From: Octopus vulgaris | Taxonomy: Eukaryota | Assembly: GCA_951406725.2 (NCBI GenBank) | Contig: OX597823.1 | Location: 49,166,001-49,230,000 of the forward strand | Direction of reading: 5' to 3' | DNA length: 64,000 nt | In this document: one piece after another, positions 39,026-50,531 of the stretch | Layout: each line of letters starts with the position of its first letter | How positions within the stretch are numbered: the stretch's first letter is position 1 | The notes under the pieces: model-generated | What the model saw: only the letters and a program-made list of their open reading frames with translations | What the model was told of the DNA's origin: nothing | The model's database searches: none | Translations under genes and position numbers: made by a program

Positions 39026-39936
39026 CAAGGTGGTATCAAAAGATTCCCAGACATGTTATGTTTAAGGAAAAATAACTTATTTGCCTAAATTTTAACGTCA
39101 TCACTTTTGAAATAGTCACCTTGCTCAACAATACATCAGTTCCAGTATTCCAGCCACTTTTGGAATCTTGTCTGGAAGTCATTTTCCACAAGCGAGTTGA
39201 GGACCTTCTGCCATTTGCTCTGTATCTTGACAATGGTTGTTAAAACGGCAGTCTTTGAGGTGCATTTTCATATTGGGGAAGTGATGGAAGTTCACAGGTA
39301 CTAAATCTGGCAAATAGCGTGGGTGTGGAAGCAATACCATGTTGTTTTTTTTTTGGTGGGAAACTCATGAGTGAGGAGAGCTCAGTGTCAATGTGCTTTG
39401 TTGTCATGAAGAAACCAATTCTTCACGCCCCACAGATCTGGTCACTTTCACCAAATGCTGTCCCTCAAATGCTTTAAACCACCACAGTATAATTCTTGAT
39501 TGACAGTCTGGTCCTGGGGGATGAATTCTTGATGCACAATGCTGCAGATGGCAAAAAAATTATGAGCATGCTCTTGATTGAGCTGCAGCCCTGTTGTGCC
39601 TTTTGAAGTGCCCATGCCACTTGAAACATTATGTATGACCCATTGCCTCATTGCTGTAAGCTTGTGGAAGCATGATTAATGTCTCTGTAGCAAACTTCCC
39701 AAGTTTGAAGCAAAATTTCACGTTGGCTCTTTGCTCCAACTTCCTGTCCATGATAAAAATTGCATACATATGATCACAAAAACACAAATTTCACAAATTG
39801 TGAAGTAAACACAGCAATGTTACTCAGCACAGTGCCTCATGAAGGTCACTGCTACCTCTCACTGCCCATGCAACCATGTGCTGCCATCTTTTAGTGCACT
39901 GCACAACTAGTCCAGGAACTTTTTGATACCACCTCC
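39026..39936 (-). mobile_element. Mariner element, internally deleted and degraded
   Basis: TIRs caaggtggtatcaaaa / ttttgataccacctcc; minus strand HQEFIPQDQTVNQELY, WFLHDNKAH, FQKWLEYWN*CIVEQGDYF. Confidence 0.85.
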
Positions 39937-40751
39937 TGTCATATTTGACAGAGTAATCTGAATGCTAAAGGGTTATTCAATGCGACTTGCCCTTTCTTTT
40001 TCTAAGATCACAGAGAGGGATTTAAAAGATGTTTTGATGCTGTTTTTAGTAGGATGAATGAACACATAGAGATACTCAAGGAAAAAATATAATTGGTCCC
40101 TGAAGTACAAGAAAATTGATAGAACGTGGCTAGCAGCTTTGGGGTACTTTTTAAAGAATTTGCCCAATATTGAAAAACCTAATGAAAAGTGTAACCATCT
40201 GGAATAATAATTTCTCTCTTTGTATGATATGATCAGAAGTTTAAAATTTGTTTTGATGCTGTAACTATTAAAACATATTAAAAAAGAATAAGATATGTTA
40301 TGTGCAAATTATCGAATAACAACTAGAAATGTTACCTCTATATCACTATGCACAGCTTTGAAAAGTAGTTATGATTATAAAAAAATGGAAAAATTAATTG
40401 TAAACAAATTTAAAATGCTACCATTGGAAAAAAAAATGTGAAAATGAAATATTATTTTGCTAAATGAGATAATTTTCCAATGCTGGAAGACAAGAACAGC
40501 CATTTAACACTGCTGTGAGCCATCTATTCAATCTGATGAAAAGAAATCCATAATCACAACTGTTGATATAAAAATACCTCATATGACGATGACTCAAAAA
40601 CTTTTACAAGATCTAGCAATTGCTGAATGTATTACAACCCCAGAATCCCAAACTCAATAATTACATATTTTCCATAAAACTAACAATGAAACTTCCTCAA
40701 ATACAACAAGCACTGGTAAACAACAACATCAAAAGTAAGAAATACATTTAA

Positions 40752-41308
40752 CTCATTAGCATTCAGGTTACTCTGTCAATTGTAAAAGATAAAGCCTCCC
40801 TTTCATCAAGAATGACTATAGGATTCTGCCTAGAAAGTTCCCTCAGATGCACAAGTCCATACAAGGCTGCTTTGTGGAAGTTGTTAATGCATACCAGTGT
40901 CCCATCTCCACACCACTACCAATGACATCCAAGGGAAAGGCAAGGGCCAATACAGCTTGGCACCAGGGATCGTGTAACTCCTTTCTGCAGTTAACAAAGT
41001 GAAATAAAGTGTCTAACTCAAGAACACAACACACAGCCTAGTCTGAAAATCGAACTCACAACCTCATGTTTGTAAGCCCAATACTCCAACCACTGAACCA
41101 TAAGCCACTCTGTCAAATGTAATACTTATTTATTCACATTGTTTTTAATTAATCATGCATTATCTTGTAGCTTAGAGTTTTCAATGATGTGATTGTATAT
41201 TTTTAGAATGACATTGTACAGAAGGTTTGATAAACCTGATCTGGCCAGTTTGAACATAAAATAGGTTAAATATTTCAGCTGGATATGGCTGGCTTAAATG
41301 CTAAAGGG
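40752..41308. mobile_element. piggyBac-type MITE interrupted by a family C SINE (40786-41106)
   Basis: TTAA at 40748-51 and 41309-12; ends ctcattagcatt / aatgctaaaggg; SINE TSD actctgtcaa(t/a)tgtaa at 40770-85 and 41107-22. Confidence 0.75.
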
Positions 41309-41430
41309 TTAAATTGTGGCAATCATCAAGTATATTACTGAGCAAAACTTCAGAAACTCAGTAAAGACTGGAGTTTAATACAGGTTTCATAAAGCTGACA
41401 AAGTAAATTCTTCAGACACATTTGGTGATT

Positions 41431-41599
41431 GGTGCAGGAGTGACTGTGTGGTAAGTAGCTTGCTTACCAACCACATGGTTCTGGGTTCATTCCCACTGCA
41501 TGGCACCTTGGGCAAGTGTCTTCTACTATAGCCTCGGGCCAACCAAAGCCTTGTGAGTGGATTTGGTAGACGGAAACTGCATGAAGCCTGTCGTATATA

Positions 41600-41630
<31 letters not shown>

Positions 41631-41850
41631 ATTTGTGTGTCTGTGTTTGTCCTGCCCCCAACATCACTTGACAACCGAAGCTGGTGTGTTTACTTCTCCG
41701 TAACTTAGTGGGTTGGCAAAAAAGGCCGATAGAATAAGTACTAGGCTTATAAAGAATAAGTCCTGGGGTCGATTTGCTCGACTAAAGGCAGTGCTCCAGC
41801 ATGGCCGCAGTCAAATGACTGAAACAAGTAAAAAAAAGAGAGAAAGAGAG
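41431..41850 (+). mobile_element. SINE family A, full length
   Basis: Near-consensus copy. Confidence 0.9.
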
Positions 41851-42664
41851 AATTGCATCATTTTAACTAAGAAATGTTTGGGTTGATACACCAGTTGAAT
41901 ATTTCATCAATGTTTCATTAAGACATCTTGTAAAATTTTTTTATCAAATTCCTTACTTGTTCCAAAAATCCCCTCAGTCATTCTTAAAAGTTACTTTTTT
42001 TTTTATTATTAACCAGTATCCTTGATGACTTTTCTTTGAATGGGTTGTTATGTAAAATGTTCATCACCTGAAAGAATATAGTAAGAAACTCTTGGGACAG
42101 ATAAATAGCAGAAGGTTTTCAGAGACAAAAGAAACACCCCCCACCACCTGCACGTGTTTCAGCCCTTAACTCCTTACACTCTAAGGGGGATGCATTTTGG
42201 ATACCATTCTACTACCACATTCTGTACCATTGTCTACATTGCAGCCCTTTTGGAAGGTTAAGATGGTCCAGATTGAAAGTACCTTAAATGTTGTAACCAA
42301 TGCAGCAACAGATATATGTAGTGCAGTAACTTCTCAGAATCGATCATGCATCTCTAACATCTTAGCCTAGATTAAACCTTAAACAGCAGACACTATCATT
42401 AGATGTTTCATTAGAGAATAGCAGACATCATCAATTACTGTTTCAAATATTTTACATGGATATGGCCATCATCAAGGAAAGTAAATATTTTACGGCACTT
42501 TTTAATGAGATTGTAAATTTTACTGTGTTGAGAGACTAACAATTGTTATAGTTATTGTACTTATTAAAATAGAGAAATAAAAGATTACCCTTTAAAAAAT
42601 GAGGGTTTTTTTTTGTATATTTGGCATACACATTTATCAACCCTTTCTGACTGTTTAATAGTTG

Positions 42665-42993
42665 GGTAAAGACTCCCTTCAATCATGAATAACCATGCAA
42701 TTTCACTTAGAAAGTTCCCCTTCATGGCACAAGTCCATACAACGTTGTTTATGAAAGACCAGCAGTCATCCCTGCATATCAGTCTCCCCTCTCCATGCCA
42801 CCAATGTTATCCAAGGGAAAGGCAAAAGCTGATACAACTTGGCACCAATGATGTCGCAATTCATTTCTACCAACTGAATAAAGTGAAGTGATGTGAAACA
42901 AGGTATCTTGCTCAAGAACACAGCACACACCTCAGCTTGGAATCAAACTTGCAACCTCTTAATTGTGAGTCCAACACTCTAATCACTGAGCCA
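42665..42993 (-). mobile_element. SINE family C (tail type shared with 40790-40980)
   Basis: cacaagtccatacaa...ccaagggaaaggcaa...ttggcacc, then ctcaagaacaca head. Confidence 0.75.
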
Positions 42994-43039
42994 ATGGTTA
43001 GAGCATTGCTTTTTAGCCCAAAATAGCATATTTGGTAAT

Positions 43040-43230
43040 TTCCTTTCTACTATAGGCACAAGGCCTAAAATTTTGTGGGAGATGCTAGTCAATTCTATTG
43101 ACTCCAGTACTTGCCTGGTGCTTATTTATTTTATCAATTCCAAAAGGATGAAAGGGAAAGTCGACCTCTGCTGAATTTGAACTTGGGACATAAAGACAGA
43201 TAAAATGCTTTGCTATCAATTCTACCAGCT
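43040..43230 (-). mobile_element. SINE family B
   Basis: ttctactataggcacaaggcct...aaaggatgaaagggaaagtcgacctc. Confidence 0.75.
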
Positions 43231-43854
43231 CTACATATTTGGTGTTAAATTAACTGCACATGCAGACAACCAAACAAACATGCCCCTCTACCACCACCAC
43301 CACCACCATTCAACCAGTCATATTTTGTGGTTGTTGAATAAATTGTCATTTAACTATTTCTATTTTGTTCTAACATCCACCAATAACATTCTAAAACATT
43401 CATCATTTTCCACATAAATAAACTTTGATTTGAAACTCTAACAACAGATGTTTTGAAGCAGCTAGAGGCTGATATAAAAGACATTCTCTCACATCTATGT
43501 TGCATCCATATCCACTTCTATGTGCTATTAACCCCTCACATACACACTGTGGAGACAGCAACAACAATATACCAATATACTCATATATTTGGTAATCATG
43601 CAGTTCTTATCTCTTTCACTCTCTCTCACTCATTCACTCACTCCTTGTGACCCCACTATTTTTATTGTTTTTTTAAAATTTTTTTTTAAAGCCTGGTACT
43701 TACTATGTCAGTCTCATTTTACAAAAATGCTATGTTACAGGGATGTAAACAAATGAAAACCAGTTGCCAAGTGGTGATAGAGGACAAACACAGACATAAA
43801 AACGTACATACATACATACATACATGCATACATACACACATACATTGTTTTGTC

Positions 43855-44375
43855 TTTGATAAAAGATGGGCTACAGTAAATATTCTGCTCAATACCACAG
43901 ATTTGCTTGTCAATTGTTTGACCTTAACCAGTTGAGCATGTCCCTTTGTGGCTGACGATATGTACATCTCTGTTCATGAGCAGGAGTAGTGCGGGAGCAT
44001 CATAGCCATGTCTTGAGAGGAATTCTTTGAGGTTTGGATAATTCACCTTTGGAAACATGGGCGTTTCATTCAACATCCTTAAACAACCCTTATTGAGGGA
44101 CCTTTTGAGCGGGATGGGTTACTTGACCAGAAAAAAGTTCTAACTGCAAGGTCATGTGCTGTTTATCTTGATATCAGATCACCATGTCGCGCACATATGG
44201 TTGTGATGCATGTGCCTGGTGTACCCTTATCAGACGGGTAGTCATGATGGGTATACTGGGCTTCATATATTTTACTCCAGTGTCACTTTCATGGCATGCA
44301 CTGCTCTCACACTCAATAATAGTAATAATAATAATAACATCGAAAATACCTTAGAATTTTCTCCAAGACACCTGG
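43855..44375 (+). mobile_element. Interspersed repeat body running into the same pseudo-LTR as 1870-1935
   Basis: Ends (taa)n-aacatcgaaaataccttag..ccaagacacctg, homologous to (taa)n-aacaaaaatataccttag..ccaggacaccta. Confidence 0.55.
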
Positions 44376-44399
44376 GTTCATCCATTTGGAATTACTAAA

Positions 44400-44446
<47 letters not shown>

Positions 44447-44448
<2 letters not shown>

Positions 44449-44721
44449 TAAAACGGTAAGATAACAAAAGAAAGAAAGAGACCTCAATATTATGTAAATA
44501 GAGGAAATTTATCTATACAATATGTTACATTACTCGGTAGTCAAGATAAAACTCTGAGTTTCAGATGCCGAAGTGGAAATCCACAACACCATCTCTTATT
44601 TTTTCATAACGTTTTCAAATAGCCAGATAACCGAAGAGATGGTGTTGTGGATTTCCACTTCGGCATCTGAAACTCAGAGTTTTATCTTGACTACCGAGTA
44701 ATGTAACATATTGTATAGATA
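44447..44721. mobile_element. Very recent inverted pseudo-LTR insert in (TA)n
   Basis: Perfect 88-bp inverted repeat 44510-44597 / 44634-44721 with a 36-nt spacer; left arm extended to about 44447; (TA)n on both sides. Confidence 0.75.
44625..44687 (+). ncRNA. Type I hammerhead ribozyme motif (U4>C)
   Basis: agataa CCGAAGA gatg-loop-catc t GAA actc-a-gagt t ttatct; 6-bp stem I and quasi-palindromic stem III. Confidence 0.65.
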
Positions 44722-44737
44722 TATATATATATATAAA

Positions 44738-44906
44738 AACACCCACTACACTCGCGGAGTGGTTGGCGTTAGGAAGGGCATCCAGCCGTAGAAACACTGC
44801 CAGATCTGACTGGGCCTGACGAAGCCTTCCAGCTTCACAGACCCCAGTTGACCCGTCCAACCCATGCTAGCATGGAAAGCGGACGCTAAATGATGATGAT
44901 GATGAT
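44738..44906 (+). mobile_element. RTE 3' tail
   Basis: cacccactacactcgcggagtggttggcgttaggaagggcatcc...catgctagcatggaaagcggacgctaaatgatgat. Confidence 0.85.
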
Positions 44907-45929
44907 TATACATATAAATAAAAAAAAAAATTTTTTCTCTTTTTTTTTCTTTACCAGCGTGACTTGGGGGTATTGGTGTCTGTGAGATATCTTATGGCAG
45001 TGGAATAATATTTAACTGCTATTTCTAAATTTCAGTATGTGGTGAAGCAATTTTGCTGAACCCTAATTATAATTAGGCTTATAATTATAGAATTTTTGTA
45101 TAAGGTTACCGATAATAGTTCTTTTAACATACCGAACTACTTGGTAAAATTATTAATTATTAATTGATTAATTGATTTTACCCTTTATTATCATTATTAT
45201 TGTTATATATATATATATATCCATACATGCTATTAACTTTTTTTTAGTTTCTGTCTACCAAATCAACTCACAAGACTTTGATTTGCCCAGGTGTATGGTA
45301 GAAGACGCTTTTGCAAAACCTCATGCAATGGAACTGAACCTAAGCCCACATAGTTAGGAACAAATTTCTGAAACACACTGCCTTGCCTGCACCTAGTTAC
45401 ACCTGCACCTGAAATTAGTTGAAATTTCTTATTAAAATCAAGTAGATTTTGAATAGTCAAGTAACAAGAATACATGTGTTGATTTGCGAACATATTGTCA
45501 TCTCTTTCTTATTCACCTTCAGCAACAACCTCACACATGGCATTCTCTTTTACATTGCATTTGGCAATGCCTCGTTCTATTTGATGATCAGTCATTAAAT
45601 TCTCATCAACACATTATTCATTATAAGCTAACTAGAAATAGTCATACAGTGAAGAAAACAAAAACAATACTGGTCAATGACTGATATTATTTTTAGTTAA
45701 CCTACAAGTATGGCTGACAGTTCCAAGCACATTACTGCTTTATTCAGTATACCTTCTATACTAATGATGTTAGAATCTCAAGTAAATGTACAAAGTTGTG
45801 TATTGGCTGATGTAGATAAATTATTGTTTAAACAATAAAGAAGTTGTTTAAACATGTCGCCATTGCTGCTAATGCCACTGCTGCCACTGTTGGTGGCGGT
45901 GTCATCTTATTTCACCTCCATCTCCCATG

Positions 45930-46190
45930 CAGTGGATACATGTGGCTTAGAGGCTAGGGTGTTGGTCTCATGATTGTAGGATTGTGGTTTTGATTCCTGG
46001 ATCAGGCAATGCATTGTGTTCTTGAGCAAAATACTTCATTTCATGTTACTCCAGTCTGCTCACCTGGCAAAAATGAGTAATCCTATGATGGACCCGTGTC
46101 CCATCCAGGTGAGGAATCTATATGCCATGGAAACTTGGAAACTGGCCCTAATGAGTTGGTGTGACTCAAGAAGGTAACCTTTACCTTTTT
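45930..46190 (+). mobile_element. SINE family C
   Basis: catgtggcttagaggctagggtg...gtgttcttgagcaaaatacttcatttc. Confidence 0.8.
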
Positions 46191-46569
46191 TTCATTTTAT
46201 CTCCCATGCTGGCATGGGTTTTAGTGTTCAACAGGATTCAACAAGTGAGAGGGATGTCAAACTCCAGTGTTGGCTTTAGTATGATTTCTAAGGCTGGATG
46301 TCCTTCTTAATCCCAAATATTTTACAAGGTGTACTTGGTTCTTTTTTTCATGGTACCAACGCTAGTGAAATTAATAAATAGCTCACAAGACAAGTCCCCT
46401 CAACTGAGTTGAGGTGTAGTATAGTGGGAGGTGGCTTTGTGATAGGTGTTGATAGGGTAAAGTATGGTAGAGGAACTGGTGTCTTACTTAGAGTCAATCC
46501 AAGTAGGAAAGAGAGAAAGAATGGTAGAGATGAGATGTTAGGGTGTACCCTCATGATATAAGAGAGAAA

Positions 46570-46895
46570 GTTTTAACATCATCTCTTTTGAAATAATCAC
46601 CTTGTGCAGCAATACACTGGTCCCAGTATTCCTGCTACTTTTGGAATCCAGCCTGGAAGTTGTTTTCTATGAGCAAGTCGAGGACCCTCTGCAATTCACT
46701 CTGGATCCCAACAACGATGTTAAAATGGCAACCTTTGAGCTGCATTTTCATCTTGGGGAAGAGATGGAAGTTTGTAGGTACTAAATCTGGCAAATAGGGC
46801 AGGTGCAGAAGTAATACCTTGTTGTTTTTGGTGAGGAACTCATGAGTGAGGAGACCTTGGTAACAGGGTGCATTGTCATCATGAAAAATCTAATC
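46570..46895 (-). mobile_element. Mariner fragment, same family as 39026-39936
   Basis: Colinear with 39089-39420. Confidence 0.8.
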
Positions 46896-47695
46896 TGTTC
46901 CTGTATCATACCTTAACCACTCAACACCTGACTCAAAGCCATTTCTCTCAATATAGTACCCCCACTCAGCACTTCTTTATGCAACTGTCCTCATCCATAC
47001 ACAACACAGTTCCATACCCATACAGTCTTCTCTCTTGCACACTACATACAGTGCCTCTTGCACCCACTTTTTCTCTCTCCATTGCTGTACTTTGTCATAC
47101 ATGCACATTGACATTACATGTCCAACAGAGCATGTTAGTTTAATTTCTTTTAAGTGTTTAAATGTTTTCTTCATTCACAGTGTACATTTTACTATTATGT
47201 AGCGTTGCTGTTCATACACAAACATTGTAAAATCTGCTTTTCACTCAGAGAGAGAGAGAGAGAGAGGCCTTTTGTTACCAACAGAGATAATAGATCTTTG
47301 AACTTTCTTCAGCCAGTTCTTATTTTAGCAACTATATTTTCAGAACATGTTCCACAGCTAATTAGATTACAAAGGTAACAGAAAGCTATTGACTACCTCC
47401 AAAGATCCTCCTGGACCTTTAAGTAAATCTATTTCTTGCATATGAATCTTCCACAATTAAAGTCCACTTTCACTGTTAATTCTCCTGTGATTCTACTTCA
47501 TCTCTTAATACTGCCCCTGCTTGAAAAATAATAGTTAAGTTAGTGTTAGTATGTTCTATGCTGGAAACATCAAAAAGCTAACTAGAAATAATTATGTATG
47601 GGACAAGGAAAGAATATAGTCAAAAACTAATATTGTTTACCATTTTCTGGCAAGTACAGAAGACAACTCTATCTGTGTTTTAATCTTATACTCAC

Positions 47696-47730
47696 CTCAT
47701 CAGGGAAAGGAAGTTCTTACCAAACTCATG
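47696..47730 (-). CDS. Possible 35-nt host exon
   Basis: Strong sites attctttcag| ... gag|gtgagta; open as HEFGKNFLSLM. Confidence 0.3.
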
Positions 47731-48029
47731 CTGAAAGAATCAATAAGTAAATACATTAGAATGTATAATATTCAGTGTTGGGAAATAATTATGTTTAGAT
47801 AATTACCAACTTTACCAATTCGTACATTTTAATGTATTGTTCTTTTTATCTAATCATTAAGGCAATGAAGTTGCCAGCCAAGGATTCTGCTCCTAAAGAT
47901 ATTTGACTATGTTCTACCTATTTGTTGTTCTGGTCTGCCATGTAGTTCTGTTCACTAATGTTACATGCATTTCTGTGCCAACCAGGGATTGTTTTGCAGA
48001 TTTGCTTTAGCCTGAATTCTTCAAAAAGA

Positions 48030-50531
48030 TATTGCCATGGTTTTTACCAAGTTTGTGTGAGATTTGTTGGAAGTTAAGCAGCTGAGAGAGATTTGAATTT
48101 TATTACAAAGGGAATCTGAATGATTCTGATTATGGCCATGCAAATGAATTTAAAAGTAAATATAGCTCAGTAGATGGGGATAGACCAGTTAAACACTGTT
48201 CCTACACAAAATGTACAGCTTATAGGAGAAGGGCAGATAAGGGGGCCATTTAGAAGTGGCAGAAGAAGGAAATATGTAGCAGTGGTAGAGGATGTTACAG
48301 TGCTCTTCATGTTTCCAGATTGGTAAAAATTATGTCCATTTATTTTTTATGCTAGTTTCAATCCTACAGAAGATCCAAGGCTTAGAAATATCTTAGATAA
48401 CATTACTGGACGATCAGATAATCCTGTGGTGTTGACTTCAGTTACTCCAGACAGATGAACTATGACAGGTGTTAGTCAATGAAACCAACAACCAAGCTGC
48501 ATGTGTCAGAGTAGCTAAGATCAATAACGATTATGCAAAGAACTTTTACACAGTAACTGGGGGTAGGAGATGAAAATATTTTTGGCTGCAGAATTGCTAT
48601 AGAAATGCTAACATATGAGCTGCTTTCGTAACAGAAGGATAAAATTTTTCACTCTATCACCCGGCTTTAATAGAATATTTGACCAAAATCAATTCGTGAT
48701 CATACAGAATTTTTGCATTATGTGAATGAAGACAACTCTAGCTGTTGATAAATTTAGGCTTTTGCTGAACAACATCTTGGAAGAATTTAAATATTAATAC
48801 AAACCAGAACAGAATATGTCACACGATGAAGAGATGATTTCCACGAAGAATTTTCTGACAATAAAAAAAAACTGGCATTCTGTTGGTTGCAACAACAAGG
48901 TTCCAGTTGATCCGATCAATGGAACAACCTGCTCATAAAATTAATGTGCAAGTGGCTGAGCACATGACAGACATACATACTCTTAATGTAGTTCTCAGTG
49001 AGATGCAGCATGACACAGAACAAAGCAAGGTTGGCCCTTGGAAATCCAAGTACAAGTCATTTTTACCAGTTGACCACATGCCTTCACAAGGTAAAGTCAA
49101 CCTCGATAGCATTTGAATTCAGAATATAAAGAGCTGAGCATAAAATCTTGCTTGTAAAAATGAGAATTGATAAATATGTATTACTGAAACATATTCAGGC
49201 TGAGGATCTAATACAAATGAAATCAATAATCTTGGAGTGACTGAGAATACTTATGTCCTTCTACTCAAATAATGATTCAAATAGACCATTATTACTGAAT
49301 GCCTCTTGTGACAAATGTTATTCTGGTAATGAACTGACTTGATATTTGGCCAGGTACTGCAGCATTGGTTACGTTGACTCTATTCAAATGATCAAGATTA
49401 ATTTCTTTCAAAGATATAATATTGTCTGCCTGTTGTGGAGATATATTTCATCACCTCTTTGATCATCTGTTCCCCAGCCACAAGAGAAAGCAAAGAGTGC
49501 GCCAGAAAGCAAGGAGTGCAGTAGAGTGCCATTTCCTTTGTTCCAAAACAGTTGCTGCATACAATAAATAGACACGGATGGGGAACAGACAAGAATGGTG
49601 AGTTGATTGTGCAAGAATACAAGTTACCTTGCAGGCTGATGGCAAAGATTTTATGAGGTCTACATACAAATGTACAATTTATATGTTCTTGTTATCTACC
49701 AATCCTATACAGAAAATGACTGGAAGACACATTTCTGCAGTACATTGCAAACATGTGTAAGAAACTTGCTGAGGACTTCACGCCCTAGCAGCAGCTGATA
49801 CCATCTTCATCAGTTAATATCAACACTCAGCTCAAGGATGTAAAACAGTAAAGGCAAAGTTTCTTTCACAAGTCATGCTGACTCATAAGGGACAGTTTCC
49901 TGGTTTCCATGGCACATAAATTCCCAAACAGGATGGAACACCGGTCCATCGTAGGATTACTCAGTTTTGCCAGCTGAGTGGACTGGAGCAATGGGAAATG
50001 AAGTGTTTTGCTCAAGAGCACAACCCAGTCCAGGAATCAAAACCAGAATCTTATGATCATGAGTCCAGCACCCTAACCACTGAGCCATGCACCTCCCCAC
50101 TCAAGGATGTAGGACCAAGTCATTTAATAGGACCTGACATACCATCACAAACAACTTTGATTTTGTTTATTCAGAAATACACAAGAGCACATTGATGAGA
50201 AATCCAGATGCACAATACAAGAAACTTTCTAAGAAAAAAAATATGTATATTGGTATCTCCACTTTGAGAAATACTTCTGTATTGGCACTAGAGTTAATAA
50301 CAGCAGGAAAATTTGGCACACCAAAACTGGATTACTGAAGGTAAGCCATTGGTGGTCAACTGAAGAAAGAAGACTAAGAAAATAAAGTAAGAAATGTCTA
50401 ATTACAAATACAAAGTTAATTATATTTATGTTTTTGTTTTTCATGTTTAAATTAATATTTTTTCCATGATTTTCTTGTCGAGGCTCAGGGTTGGGAAATG
50501 CACATCTATTAGGAGGTCAGGGTTCAGAGGG
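48030..50531 (+). mobile_element. Ancient piggyBac transposon relic (left end not found; SINE insertions at about 48872-49135 and 49850-50100)
   Basis: Peptides LVNETNNQA, EMKIFLAA, FLHYVNE, DKFRLLL, YKPEQNMSHDEEMI, VAAYNK..GTDK; terminus ..agaggg|TTAA at 50526-50535. Confidence 0.7.
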
